A stretch of DNA of 64,000 nucleotides from a virus (taxonomy: Duplodnaviria; Caudoviricetes): the IMG/VR virus record IMGVR_UViG_3300025018_000091; one strand, given 5' to 3'. Positions 18,956-28,903 of this stretch are shown in pieces. The notes under the pieces were generated by a model. That model worked only from the letters and a program-made list of their open reading frames with translations, did no database searches and was not told the DNA's origin. The stretch's first letter is position 1. The number at the start of each line of letters is the position of its first letter. Made by a program: the position numbers and the translations under genes.

Positions 18956-19270
18956 TTACACCTTTGCAGGTGTCGCAACGGTAGTAGCAGCCTTTCCGCC
19001 ACCCTTGCCCTGACTCTTCTTGCGACGAGCCATCTTGGTTGCATTCTTTTCCAAAGCAATACGGGTTCCCTTATTCATGATGCGAAGCTCCTTAGCTTCT
19101 TTATTGGCTTGCAAGCTCTTATTGAAGAACCATGCTTTTGCCAAAGGTTCACCCTCATCTGCCAACTTACGCACGAACTTCTTAAGAGTCAACTTTTCGT
19201 TGCCCTTCATCTCCTTCGCCTTGTGAAAGAGACGCTTCAGAATAACAGACGGTTTGATTTCATTTGCCAT
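18956..19270 (-). CDS. Lys-rich basic protein
   Basis: track ORF, GGAG RBS, basic tail. Confidence 0.7.
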   Translation of the reverse strand: MANEIKPSVILKRLFHKAKEMKGNEKLTLKKFVRKLADEGEPLAKAWFFNKSLQANKEAKELRIMNKGTRIALEKNATKMARRKKSQGKGGGKAATTVATPAKV

Positions 19271-19353
19271 GTTTTTCTCCCATTTATTATCTCCGGTAAT
19301 TATACTGATATTATTACCGGCATATGTTTGTATGAATACACTGAGGTTATCTT

Positions 19354-19584
19354 ATGTCACTTGTTCTTATTTTATTACTTGTTTTCGTTTCTTTTATTAT
19401 CGGCTGGACATCATACCCATTTACTATCAATGTGTTTAATAATATTTTCCATGCAAAAATAAAAATTATTAAAACATCAAAAACCAAACTCAAAGAAATT
19501 AACGAAATTATTAACGATCCAACTTCAGAAGATTCTGAATCTGCTGATAAAATCAAACAGATTGTTTTGATTATTAAAAGCTAA
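19354..19584 (+). CDS. membrane protein
   Basis: N-terminal transmembrane helix; converges on 19581..19808. Confidence 0.45.
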   Translation: MSLVLILLLVFVSFIIGWTSYPFTINVFNNIFHAKIKIIKTSKTKLKEINEIINDPTSEDSESADKIKQIVLIIKS

Positions 19585-19808
19585 TCCTTTGCGCAACAAT
19601 ATGCTCTTGCTGATTTTCCAAATACACTCAAATGCACAAACGGCTTTCCTTCTGGACATTTGAAAGTTTCCGAGGTTAATGTCATGTGTTCCTCCCCACA
19701 ATCTTTTTCAATTCTTTCTTGTTTTCCCAAAGAATGTAGGAAAAATACAAACGCGAATATCACAGCTATTATGCAAACAGTAAGCAAAGGCAATATATTA
19801 TCTTTCAT
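19581..19808 (-). CDS. membrane-anchored protein
   Basis: N-terminal transmembrane helix, Cys-containing tail. Confidence 0.55.
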   Translation of the reverse strand: MKDNILPLLTVCIIAVIFAFVFFLHSLGKQERIEKDCGEEHMTLTSETFKCPEGKPFVHLSVFGKSARAYCCAKD

Positions 19809-20428
19809 AGAATTTTTCCAAGAAGAACACCAGATTTGTAACAGGCATAATTCCTATCACTTGACCAACCAGTTTGCCGAGCACGTTACCCTCCACTTCA
19901 ATCGCATCAGGCAATGCCACGAAAGTATCATAACCATCGCAATCCACTTCCGCAACTACCTCCCCGTCGATTGTTTGTAAAAAATTGACGCGGACCATTG
20001 GCAAGGCTTTTCCATACATGTCATCACCAGTTCGCAGCAATTAGCTCATGGATTTTTGTAATCACCAGAAATGCCAAGATAATAATCAAACACCACTTGC
20101 CATCTCCAATCAGATATGCAGGAATTGCAACAATTGCTAAGTTCCTAATGTATTCTGGATTAACTACCATTCTCTTCTTCTTTCCTGCGCAAAGCTTTTG
20201 CTTCGCTTGCAGACCTATGAACCCTATGTTCAGGTCCAGTTAACTGTCCACAATAGATACAAGGAATTGAGTCTGTAAATATCAACCCACCTTTAATTAC
20301 TAAAGTTTGTGGAGTATTGATTGGTCTATGTGGACCTTCCTCAAATTTCTTATCTCAATAAGGACAAAGGCGAGCAATCGATCCGCACATACAAAACTTC
20401 AACTCTACCTGATCGATAATCGTTTCAG

Positions 20429-20692
20429 TCATGGTCCTAAGTCTCCGTCCCAATCACCAAGTTCATTTGGATCAAATATATCAATCCAGCTTTCTCCTTT
20501 ACTGGTATCACCATCTCCCCATTTGAACCCATTAGAATTAATATGGACTCCAGTATGACCGCGTACACGACAGCAATCATTTGCTGCCTCACAAGCAGTA
20601 CCCGAACCTGGTATGGCATATTCTATACCACCAAGTATACGAGTTCCGTTACCAGTGTTGTTTGTATCGCCAGGTATCATTGGCTTCTTCAT
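20429..20692 (-). CDS. hypothetical protein
   Basis: track ORF. Confidence 0.6.
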   Translation of the reverse strand: MKKPMIPGDTNNTGNGTRILGGIEYAIPGSGTACEAANDCCRVRGHTGVHINSNGFKWGDGDTSKGESWIDIFDPNELGDWDGDLGP

Positions 20693-20700
20693 TAGAAAAC

Positions 20701-20922
20701 CTATTTCTTAGGAAACAAAGCTTCCCATTTCAATGGACACCAATCTGGAGCTTTCCATTTGTTTACACTGTCAGTGCGAATTGACATGCTATTCAATCCA
20801 CAATAGTCACCATAGGAAAGATTACGATGCTTACACTTCTTCCCATTGGCTTTACAATACAAACTGGAAGGCTCAATCAATATTGGCAAATCAACTTCTT
20901 CTAACTCTTGATTACCACTCAT
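20701..20922 (-). CDS. small Cys-rich protein
   Basis: C..C..C..APDWCPL. Confidence 0.6.
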   Translation of the reverse strand: MSGNQELEEVDLPILIEPSSLYCKANGKKCKHRNLSYGDYCGLNSMSIRTDSVNKWKAPDWCPLKWEALFPKK

Positions 20923-20925
20923 AAC

Positions 20926-21135
20926 TTAATCAACCTCCTCAAATTGATGTCTTGCGTCATATTCATCTACATCCCAACCGCAAGATTCTATGAAAGATTC
21001 TATCTTTAAAAGAAACTCATCAAGAGTTTCATTCTTTTGAAGACCTTCTGAATAGAATTTTTCAACCTGAAGTTCCACTACTGAATAAGGAATTTTAGAA
21101 GCCATTGCTGCGTTCCTTAAAATCTCTTTCAGCAT
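20926..21135 (-). CDS. hypothetical protein
   Basis: 3' part of track ORF, start MLKEIL. Confidence 0.55.
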   Translation of the reverse strand: MLKEILRNAAMASKIPYSVVELQVEKFYSEGLQKNETLDEFLLKIESFIESCGWDVDEYDARHQFEEVD

Positions 21136-21340
21136 CTTCTTTCTTGCTAAAATAATGTCCCCAATAAAAAGACTCATGAATAAAAGTCTCAAGGTCTTCC
21201 AACTTCATATTTTCCATGTGAGTTACATTTGCCTGATATTCATCAGGCAAATGTCGCATAACCACTCGATGAGGTTTTGTTCCATCAACAACCTTTACAG
21301 CCGTTCCGTAAAGCACAGTCTCTTCATTCTTGATTTTCAT
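21095..21340 (-). CDS. hypothetical protein
   Basis: track ORF; contains YWGHYF; downstream of the element at 21395. Confidence 0.7.
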   Translation of the reverse strand: MKIKNEETVLYGTAVKVVDGTKPHRVVMRHLPDEYQANVTHMENMKLEDLETFIHESFYWGHYFSKKEDAERDFKERSNGF

Positions 21341-21394
21341 TATTAAATCCTTTCGACTATGTTTTCGTTTTCCGTCGTCCCTACAACATACGGC

Positions 21395-21417
21395 TTGCCC
21401 CGCTCACTCGATGGGGC
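21395..21417 (-). promoter_or_regulatory. GCCCC-N13-GGGGC element, copy 2
   Basis: identical 23-mer to copy 1; intergenic. Confidence 0.75.
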
Positions 21418-21451
21418 TGTCCAGTGTGGCTGTAACTCTTACAGAATGATC

Positions 21452-21823
21452 CTAAATAAAATGACGAACATTGAATTTTGAACCTGGACTCTGACTAATC
21501 GTCATATTAACATTTTGGTTTCGCATTGCGTGAAGATTCTCTTTTCGTTCTCTATCCTCTGCATAATCTAGTTGGGTTTCCATCATCATGATAATGTTAA
21601 CATCACCGAGAATCTTCGCAAATCTTACCTGCAGTTTTGCTTGGATTTTATCCCAATTCTTATCTTCAAAATCACTGCGAGAAATATAACAATAAATAGG
21701 ACCCGCAGCGCTATCAATTGGTACAAATTGTTTTAGGATATTATCCCAAACAAAATTTCCAACCTTTTGATCTAAATTATTGTAGATTGGCTCTTCAAGT
21801 TGAATAATATCACCGCAATTCAT
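21452..21823 (-). CDS. hypothetical protein
   Basis: track ORF. Confidence 0.65.
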   Translation of the reverse strand: MNCGDIIQLEEPIYNNLDQKVGNFVWDNILKQFVPIDSAAGPIYCYISRSDFEDKNWDKIQAKLQVRFAKILGDVNIIMMMETQLDYAEDRERKENLHAMRNQNVNMTISQSPGSKFNVRHFI

Positions 21824-22029
21824 TTTCTATGTTAGCCTTTCTGGATCTCAAGGCTCATCGTCGATTTTCGTATTCAACCAATGTTGAAGTCAAACCTACC
21901 GCCAACTTATGAAGATAATCCTCATCACCAATCTCCATGATGTTTTCAATCAAAGCATTAAGTATCTGCTTAATGCCGTGTTCTCTTATGAGTCTTTTAA
22001 TTTCTTGATTGATGTCTTTCTTCATATTA

Positions 22030-22482
22030 TTATCCGTAAATTGCTGAATTTACAATATTTTGTTTTGCTAGATATTCAACTGTAACAGTTGGATTTTTCA
22101 TTGGTTCTCCAAAATAGTTTTTCAATACTTTAACCAAAGTATTCAATCCATTTTGAGAATCAACGTGATAGCTATCACAACCATCTTTATCAATAGAGGT
22201 TCCTCCAGCAAATCCTTCAGCTCTGATTTCAGCACCAGCAATATCATTCAATGGATTGGCAGTGTCATATGGCAACGGGGAAGTCAAATGTACTACCCAG
22301 TAATACCAAGCTCTGGTGAATGTTATAACAACATCACCAAATTGAAGCACACCAATCATTGTTGATGGAACTTCCGGAGTAAATCTCTTTTTGAATTTCG
22401 TAATGATTATTGGAACATCAGCTTCTTCCAATTCCAATTTGACAAATTGGTTGGCATTTTCGTTACCTGCTAAATTAATCAT
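22030..22482 (-). CDS. hypothetical protein
   Basis: MINLAG...RAWYYWVV...YHVDSQNGL. Confidence 0.7.
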   Translation of the reverse strand: MINLAGNENANQFVKLELEEADVPIIITKFKKRFTPEVPSTMIGVLQFGDVVITFTRAWYYWVVHLTSPLPYDTANPLNDIAGAEIRAEGFAGGTSIDKDGCDSYHVDSQNGLNTLVKVLKNYFGEPMKNPTVTVEYLAKQNIVNSAIYG

Positions 22483-22982
22483 TAGATACTCCGTGTTTTA
22501 TATCCGAAATGTTTTGTTTCGTTAAGAACTTTAATTGCAGCTTCAACATGCCTATCTTGCAGACCATCTAACCAAGATGTTCTAACAAAATGCATATCCA
22601 ATACTGGATCAGAATTGTCTCGTTTTCTTTCCAAACGATCATCATCCAGTATTACATAAGTCTCAACATTCTCTTGAGTATTATCAAGCCAAGACCAAAT
22701 CTCATCTGCCCTATCATCATAGTGAAATCTAGGGGTTCTATCAATGATCTCTGCTTTAACACCACTATTTTTGAGAATTGATACAAGCTCATCCCATTCA
22801 TATGCAATGCGCCAGGAAGAAGAAATGACAATCTTTGCTCCAGTAACATCGGTTAAGGCGTTTATCCTATCAATAGCTAAAGGATCAAGTATCTCACCAT
22901 CTCCCCAAAGATCAGGTCCTAACTTAACCATTAGCTGTTCGGAGTTTAGAACGCCATCAATGTCAAGAAAAACTATCTTCAT
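22482..22982 (-). CDS. HAD-superfamily phosphatase (Swiss-Army-Knife RNA-repair type)
   Basis: MKIVFLDIDGVLN, IVISSSWR, YVILDD. Confidence 0.85.
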   Translation of the reverse strand: MKIVFLDIDGVLNSEQLMVKLGPDLWGDGEILDPLAIDRINALTDVTGAKIVISSSWRIAYEWDELVSILKNSGVKAEIIDRTPRFHYDDRADEIWSWLDNTQENVETYVILDDDRLERKRDNSDPVLDMHFVRTSWLDGLQDRHVEAAIKVLNETKHFGYKTRSI

Positions 22983-23127
22983 TTATTAGAACGAATCTTT
23001 TCTCGCCTTTTAATTTCGTTAGAAGTTCTTGTCAAGAGACGACGCAATTCACGCAGTTTCATGGTATGAAGATTCAAATAGCTTTGTTTATCAAGGGTAA
23101 CAAACATAATATGTACTTCTTTTTTCA

Positions 23128-23286
23128 TTAATTATCTTCCTTTATTTTCTTACATTCTACCTGCCAGGTAATATATCCAGTAGCACGTTCCATTGCAGCA
23201 CAAACTTTACGTAGAATTGCTTTTTCATTCTCTTTCATATAAGAAGGAACGTCAACAGTTACCGTAACTAAGTATTGTCTCTTCAT
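23128..23286 (-). CDS. hypothetical protein
   Basis: 3' part of track ORF. Confidence 0.45.
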   Translation of the reverse strand: MKRQYLVTVTVDVPSYMKENEKAILRKVCAAMERATGYITWQVECKKIKEDN

Positions 23287-23425
23287 GGTTTGCCTTAGAA
23301 ATGAGGGGTTAATCCAGAACCCACTGCGCAACCCCTTGTTAGAACGGTTACAAGAATATATAGCGTCATCATGCCAAAGATGATCCATCCAAATGCTACA
23401 ACTCTTTCATCATCACCTGGTAGCT

Positions 23426-23641
23426 TCACAATGAGAGAATCCTTCTTGATAGAGCATTTTTGAATGATTGTCGAGAACTTTCAGGAAGAAGTTCATCAAT
23501 CCTAAGCGCCAAATAAGCTGCCTTGAATGGATGATTCCAAACCTCAAAATATTCAAGAGCATCGGTGATATTCTCATTGATGAAATTGTCAACAATTTCT
23601 TCAGCAGCCTTATCTAAAAGAGTTGCAGTTCCTTTACTCAT
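23426..23641 (-). CDS. hypothetical protein
   Basis: GGAGG RBS before MSKGT. Confidence 0.65.
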   Translation of the reverse strand: MSKGTATLLDKAAEEIVDNFINENITDALEYFEVWNHPFKAAYLALRIDELLPESSRQSFKNALSRRILSL

Positions 23642-23649
23642 TTGACCTC

Positions 23650-24042
23650 CTACAATCTTTGTTGAGACTTCAGATTCTTCAACCACATAGAAAGAAAACT
23701 ACGAAGCTCAGAATATCTCATTGGATAACCTCTTGTAGGATTACCTTCTGAATCATAACTTTCAATAGCCCTGGTATAATTGCCCATTGATTGCTGCAAT
23801 GCAACAGGATACCACTTCCCATCTTTTGTTCTAAGTAGTTCAATATCAGGATCTGCAACCAAGTCTCCATTCTGTTCGAAATAGTGAGCCATACTGTAAA
23901 GATTATCAGCAAGTCTTTCAGCGCTAAGATACATATAGGACTTGGAATTATCGATTCGTTTGGAAGTTCCTTCTTCCATTTCGCCAAAGATTTTGTCAAG
24001 AATCTTTGAGTCTTTCTTTGACATTGGCAATAGCATTGGCAT
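23650..24042 (-). CDS. conserved hypothetical protein (DUF6908-like)
   Basis: YMYLSAERL..YSMAHYFEQNGDLVADPD recalled as DUF6908-like; GGAG RBS. Confidence 0.6.
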   Translation of the reverse strand: MPMLLPMSKKDSKILDKIFGEMEEGTSKRIDNSKSYMYLSAERLADNLYSMAHYFEQNGDLVADPDIELLRTKDGKWYPVALQQSMGNYTRAIESYDSEGNPTRGYPMRYSELRSFLSMWLKNLKSQQRL

Positions 24043-24148
24043 GAAATTACTCCTTAATTTGCGGTACACATTACTGTGTTGACCATCATGGCACACAAGA
24101 CACCAAAAATGCAAATCCAAACGAAATCATGGTTACAGATTTCTTGTT

Positions 24149-24614
24149 TTACTTTCCTGGATCCTTGACGCCACAATGCCAACATGAAACGTCTCCTTCT
24201 GAAACGTTTCTCTTGCATTGTTTGCATGGCTTATCTACCTTATTCTGAATTAAAGTAGAAGGATTAATTGCTACAACAGGAGCAGATGAATTATCTGTAA
24301 TGATTGAATCAATAAATCTCTCTCGTCGAGACAGTAATGAATACCCTCTCTTCAGCAGGAAGATAAGAAACAAACATGTCATATTCATCTAAGGCTGTTA
24401 GCAACGATTTTTCTGAATCAGTTTGAACCAATTGTTTGATTGGAACATAAGTGGAATAGTGACGATTCAAAGTATGATGCATGCCAAGAGACTCCATATG
24501 AGAACATATGTTCTTACAAGCTCGACGCAAAGCGTCAAGCCTATTAGCATACAATGTAGTTAAAATAGTTCCCTTATGAAAGGAAACTTCTTGAACCATC
24601 CAAACCAAATTCAT
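24149..24614 (-). pseudogene. frame-split paralog of 26342 and 29273 with CW-x-CG Zn-ribbon tail
   Basis: body in 24309..24614, Zn ribbon in the +1 frame ending at 24149. Confidence 0.55.
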
Positions 24615-24617
24615 AAT

Positions 24618-24791
24618 TCACTTCCATGGTCCATGAACAAACAACCAATAGAACACATAGAACCAACCACATAGCGCATGAAGAAAGCACCACAATACAC
24701 TGTGGTTGACAGTCCAAGAAAGAACAATGGCAATTACTGCACCAATTCCAATACCACCGCTTGTTGTACTGCGAGAATTTGAATCTGACAT
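24618..24791 (-). CDS. small membrane protein
   Basis: GGIGIGAVIAIVLSW..W..LHALCGWFYVFYW. Confidence 0.7.
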   Translation of the reverse strand: MSDSNSRSTTSGGIGIGAVIAIVLSWTVNHSVLWCFLHALCGWFYVFYWLFVHGPWK

Positions 24792-24792
24792 T

Positions 24793-25311
24793 TTATCCCC
24801 TTTCCTCCATAACGCCAATCACTTTGTATCGGCGCATATCTTCATAGAATGATTCCATCATTTCATTGAAACGAAGATTCAACCACGTAGTGAGAACTTC
24901 AGTAGATATTTCTTCTCTTTGTCTGAATCCAATAAAGTCCAGTGACGTACTACCATACACAACTGTACTCTTGAAATTCTCAAGAGCCTTCTCACCAATA
25001 GCTGTCGTATCCCCCTTATATTCCGGTTCAGTCATCAAAGACCGTTTCCACCAAAATACAGCATTATCAATGTAGTGCATAGGTCCTTTCACTAAGGAAA
25101 CCAAATGCCACTTCACAAGAGGAGCAACTTCTTTACAGTGCTTCTGAATATCATCATGCAAACATCCGAATGCTCGATAACCATCAGATCCTCTTAGCTC
25201 GCCAGTAATGGAGAAGTATGGGTCTTGTCCTTCAAAACAAGTAAACCCATAATTTACTTTCAAAAAGTACATATTTTTTTCATCGACAAACTCGACATTG
25301 GATTCTTGCAT
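24793..25311 (-). CDS. hypothetical protein
   Basis: PYFSITGE..GCLHDDI..KWHL..GPMHY. Confidence 0.75.
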   Translation of the reverse strand: MQESNVEFVDEKNMYFLKVNYGFTCFEGQDPYFSITGELRGSDGYRAFGCLHDDIQKHCKEVAPLVKWHLVSLVKGPMHYIDNAVFWWKRSLMTEPEYKGDTTAIGEKALENFKSTVVYGSTSLDFIGFRQREEISTEVLTTWLNLRFNEMMESFYEDMRRYKVIGVMEERG

Positions 25312-25328
25312 ATTTACTTACTTGAACA

Positions 25329-25682
25329 TTACTTGACTCCATTTCGTTTATCGATCATATCAAGTTCTTTTTGAAAACGTCGCTCTTGCATATCGTTAGT
25401 ATAACTAACGCTAACAAGATTAATTCCACGATACTGTGGATCTGGAACAGTACCCCCACCAGCAGCAAGCTTTTTTGGTCTTACTGTTTTAGGAACGTAA
25501 GCCCAGCCCCAACCATTAATGCCTTCTATTCTGTTAGGGATAAACTCTTCCCAACACAATACCTTATTTGGATAAATCTTCATCCAATAATCAACCGCTT
25601 TTCGCAAAGCCATCATAGAACCGCAAACATCAAGAGGATTTCCTTGCTGAGTCATAAGCACATACACAATTCTTTTACTCAT
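25329..25682 (-). CDS. hypothetical protein
   Basis: track ORF. Confidence 0.65.
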   Translation of the reverse strand: MSKRIVYVLMTQQGNPLDVCGSMMALRKAVDYWMKIYPNKVLCWEEFIPNRIEGINGWGWAYVPKTVRPKKLAAGGGTVPDPQYRGINLVSVSYTNDMQERRFQKELDMIDKRNGVK

Positions 25683-25907
25683 TTAACCATCTTTTTCTTG
25701 GAAGTTTTCTTTACAATATTTATCCCATTCTTCATCAGAAGAAAAGAACATTGGCGGATAATCTGAAAAAGTTCCATCTCGATAATCTGTAATTACTATG
25801 CCACAATTATGACAAATAATGTGGTCGTAAATTTTACGAGGAACTACCTCTATATTAGCACCAAACCAACAAGATGGACACCAATTGTACATAGACATTT
25901 CATTCAA
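25683..25907 (-). CDS. small Zn-ribbon protein
   Basis: CPSC and CHNC. Confidence 0.6.
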   Translation of the reverse strand: MNEMSMYNWCPSCWFGANIEVVPRKIYDHIICHNCGIVITDYRDGTFSDYPPMFFSSDEEWDKYCKENFQEKDG

Positions 25908-26130
25908 TAGCCTTCAATGCCAAATCTACATACATTGCTGCAAGTTTGAAATTCAGATGAAAACTAATTGCATCTGGATCTTTATCATCTACAGAATCAT
26001 TTGCCACAGATTCGAAAACTCCCTTTAGATGATGTAGGATATCAACAACATCAATATCATTGAAGTTATGTGCCCCAAGTTCTTGAATCTCTTTCAAGGA
26101 CTTATTTAGATCTATGTATTGTTTTGCCAT
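25900..26130 (-). CDS. hypothetical protein
   Basis: track ORF. Confidence 0.65.
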   Translation of the reverse strand: MAKQYIDLNKSLKEIQELGAHNFNDIDVVDILHHLKGVFESVANDSVDDKDPDAISFHLNFKLAAMYVDLALKAIE

Positions 26131-26135
26131 GATAT

Positions 26136-26345
26136 TTACCTATTGAACCAACACACATGAGTCCACTCTCGTCGAATGTCCCCAGTTGTAATATCAGATG
26201 GACATACCTCAATGCTTGACATTTCGGTTGCTGTAGCATAATGTCCAAATCCATCATAGTCGATAAACAACCCATCTTCACAGTTTTCAATGAACTCATC
26301 AAGAGTCATCAAGTCTCCATAATCAGGAATTGGTCTTGTTTTCAT
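26136..26345 (-). CDS. hypothetical protein
   Basis: GDLMTLDEF..C..GLFIDYDGFG; ATGA overlap. Confidence 0.7.
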   Translation of the reverse strand: MKTRPIPDYGDLMTLDEFIENCEDGLFIDYDGFGHYATATEMSSIEVCPSDITTGDIRREWTHVCWFNR

Positions 26346-26840
26346 GTTGAATGCTCCGACCCACACTTCCAACAAGGAGATTCCCCTTCGTACAAAGATG
26401 TTCCACATACCCGACAAGAAACCTCTTTCTTTTGAGGAATACCACAATCTGGAACCGCTTTTGCTAAAGGAATTTTTGCACACGTATTCTGTCCACCCAT
26501 ATGAATTTTGGAGTCTGGATTTACTTGAGTATCATAGACATAGATTTTGTAGTAATCATCATAGTCTATATTACCATTCCATTCACTGTAGGTTTCCAGC
26601 GCAACACGAAAATCTTTTGCTTTTGTAGCAGCCAAGACCTCCCTGTAATAATCATTTGCCAACTGCGAATTGGAAGGATCATCACAGCCACATTCACGCA
26701 TGTACTCTGCGGCAGTATCGCAAGCATCACTCAAAGCATCTTGCTCACTTTGATACAAGTGAATGGTTACATCTGCCTCAGAAACGTTAAGAACGTTCCA
26801 ATACCCAAAGCACCTGGAAGTTATGGGGAAATTTAGACAT
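26342..26840 (-). CDS. protein with CW-x-CG Zn-ribbon tail; RBS-linked ATG at 26840 is out of frame with the body
   Basis: paralog of 24309 and 29273; ends CRVCG..GESPCWKCG. Confidence 0.65.
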
Positions 26841-26843
26841 AAC

Positions 26844-27041
26844 TCATCCTTCTGGCAAAAGATGCCAATGTGATAGTTCAGTGGCACTAATGTAAAAGGA
26901 TCCGCCACAATAACGGAGTTTACATATGCCAGTCACTTGATTGTAAACCACCAATTTACACCTATCATAAACATACCACCTGTAGTATTCACGACCTTTT
27001 ATGATAGGTGTGTGCCCGGCTTTATCATCATGATAAGCCAT
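26844..27041 (-). CDS. hypothetical protein
   Basis: track ORF. Confidence 0.5.
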   Translation of the reverse strand: MAYHDDKAGHTPIIKGREYYRWYVYDRCKLVVYNQVTGICKLRYCGGSFYISATELSHWHLLPEG

Positions 27042-27047
27042 GGATTT

Positions 27048-27254
27048 TTACTCAAGAACCAGAATTGTCACAAGCTCTCCGCTATGATGCTCCTGATCAT
27101 ACAGAAGCCCATTATGAAGTTTTGCTTTTGACAAGAAGGAACTATCTATTGGACTATACCCATGCTCGTAGTTGGGATCATGAACGGCAACCAATGCGTC
27201 ATCAGGCATTGATGCAAGCAGTTCCTTCATAATTTGAACAGTAATGTTTCTCAT
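27048..27254 (-). CDS. hypothetical protein
   Basis: 3' part of track ORF (MKELLASMPDD). Confidence 0.55.
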   Translation of the reverse strand: MRNITVQIMKELLASMPDDALVAVHDPNYEHGYSPIDSSFLSKAKLHNGLLYDQEHHSGELVTILVLE

Positions 27255-27255
27255 T

Positions 27256-27639
27256 TCAACAACCCATTCTACGTTCAGACGCTCGTTCAGCAGCATAGTT
27301 ATATTCATTTTCTTGATATTCAAGATACCTATCATAGACTTCTTTTTGCTCCGTAGTCAGAATGCTTTCATTTACTACCGGAACAACACGCAAGCCTTTG
27401 CATTCATAGCAAGTAACATCATACTTACCACTCATATAATTAGCGGCGAAATCATTATCCTCTTGACAAGCCTCTTGCCATTCAGAATATGTGAATCCAC
27501 CACCATCACATTCAATGTTAGGATTCACATGTTTGCCTTCGCCACCACAACAATCACATACTTCGAATTTTGCCGGAAGAGAATACTCAACCTCTTCCCC
27601 ATCATCATCTTCAATGACGAAGGTAATGTCATTAGGCAT
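27256..27639 (-). CDS. DnaJ-type Zn-finger protein
   Basis: CDCCGGEG and CYECKG. Confidence 0.75.
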   Translation of the reverse strand: MPNDITFVIEDDDGEEVEYSLPAKFEVCDCCGGEGKHVNPNIECDGGGFTYSEWQEACQEDNDFAANYMSGKYDVTCYECKGLRVVPVVNESILTTEQKEVYDRYLEYQENEYNYAAERASERRMGC

Positions 27640-27678
27640 CTTGTTTCTCCTCATTGAGTGTTGCTTACATCTACAGGC

Positions 27679-27701
27679 TTGCCCCGGTCACCCGATGGGA
27701 C
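27679..27701 (-). promoter_or_regulatory. GCCCC-N13-GGGGC element, copy 3
   Basis: TTGCCCCGGTCACCCGATGGGAC; 40 nt before ATG 27639. Confidence 0.7.
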
Positions 27702-27808
27702 AGCCAAATTAGCAGAGTGCCGAACGTTTGTAATATATCATTCGGCTGGTACTGGCATACCAATTTACCTCAATCGCAAAGTCCAGTGAAATTGAGATTG
27801 GCTCTTAG

Positions 27809-27901
27809 AGGGAACTAAAGGATTCGAACCTCTTTATACTTCTTGTATGTCTTTCCTGCTGGATAGGTATGCATCCCACACCAAACTTAAACGAAGTTCC
27901 C
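27809..27901 (-). tRNA. degenerate tRNA-like element with long variable arm
   Basis: perfect acceptor GGGAACT/AGTTCCC, T-arm AGAGG-TTCGAAT-CCTTT; anticodon arm poor. Confidence 0.45.
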
Positions 27902-28182
27902 TAAATGCCAGTTTTATTCAACAGACAGCTAAACACACATGATTCAATAGCCATAGTTATCAACGGGGAGACCTGGCAACTCGCCTGACTTCCATTAACT
28001 ATTATTCATGTGCCGCTAGAACCATGCACTTGCCACAGTCATACCAGGCTGCTTCCCAAAGGTATGAATGGTTCTCTTACCAGCCTCAAGCCAACGAAAA
28101 AGAGAAACGAAACATTTTTTACAAAAATCAAAATCTTCAATGTTTCTTGTCTCTCCACCTATATTTGCGCAATCCCAACCTT

Positions 28183-28256
28183 TGGGCACACCGATACGAT
28201 TCGAACGTACCATCTCCCTCAAAACAATAGGGGTTTTACCATTAAGCTAGGTGTGC
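28183..28256 (-). tRNA. tRNA-like family copy A (aberrant anticodon loop)
   Basis: GCACACC/GGTGTGC, TAGCTTAATGGTAAA D-arm, TTCGAAT T-loop. Confidence 0.55.
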
Positions 28257-28290
28257 TTTATTAGATTTTAAAAAAGATTAACGCAAGGTT

Positions 28291-28719
28291 TTATTTTTGA
28301 ACCCATTTAACTTTATCTGGGTTTGTATTGTATTCTTTTTCAACCAACTTACCAATAGCTTCACTAGCCCATTCAGCAATAGTTGGTTTACTTTCAATTC
28401 GTCCAAAAACAGTTACACTAATAAACTCTTGATTATTATGTATAGCTGCTGCAAGACGATGATTTCCATCAGATACAATTCCAATGCCATCTCTCGGAGG
28501 CTCTAATAAAATATCACCTTTCCAACCATTTACAACAAAATAAGCTATCCTCCTAATATGCGTAACTCTATCAACTTTTTTCTTAATAGGACAAGACTCA
28601 AAACACTTCTGTTTAATTGCTGTTTCGATCTCGTTATTAGTAATAGGATAATCAATACTCCAAGAAGGAGTTTTGAATGGGTTGTAAATTTCTTCTAACA
28701 ACTTGACAGGAATGTACAT
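28291..28719 (-). CDS. ParB/Srx-like N-terminal domain protein
   Basis: IVSDGNHRLAAA. Confidence 0.65.
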   Translation of the reverse strand: MYIPVKLLEEIYNPFKTPSWSIDYPITNNEIETAIKQKCFESCPIKKKVDRVTHIRRIAYFVVNGWKGDILLEPPRDGIGIVSDGNHRLAAAIHNNQEFISVTVFGRIESKPTIAEWASEAIGKLVEKEYNTNPDKVKWVQK

Positions 28720-28829
28720 TTTATCTTTTCCTTGCATTCAACAAACGAATTGGAAATTTTCTCATTCGTGGAGAATCGAACTCCATATTCCGGTGTAGAG
28801 AATACCATCGAGCCATATGCAAGCCCATT

Positions 28830-28903
28830 TAGGCACACCAACATGATTCGAACATGCTTTCTTCCCAAGGCTATTGGGGGCTTTCCCATTAAGCTAGGTG
28901 CGT
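28830..28903 (-). tRNA. tRNA-like family copy B (aberrant anticodon loop)
   Basis: same scaffold as copy A plus the same 25-nt upstream sequence. Confidence 0.5.
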
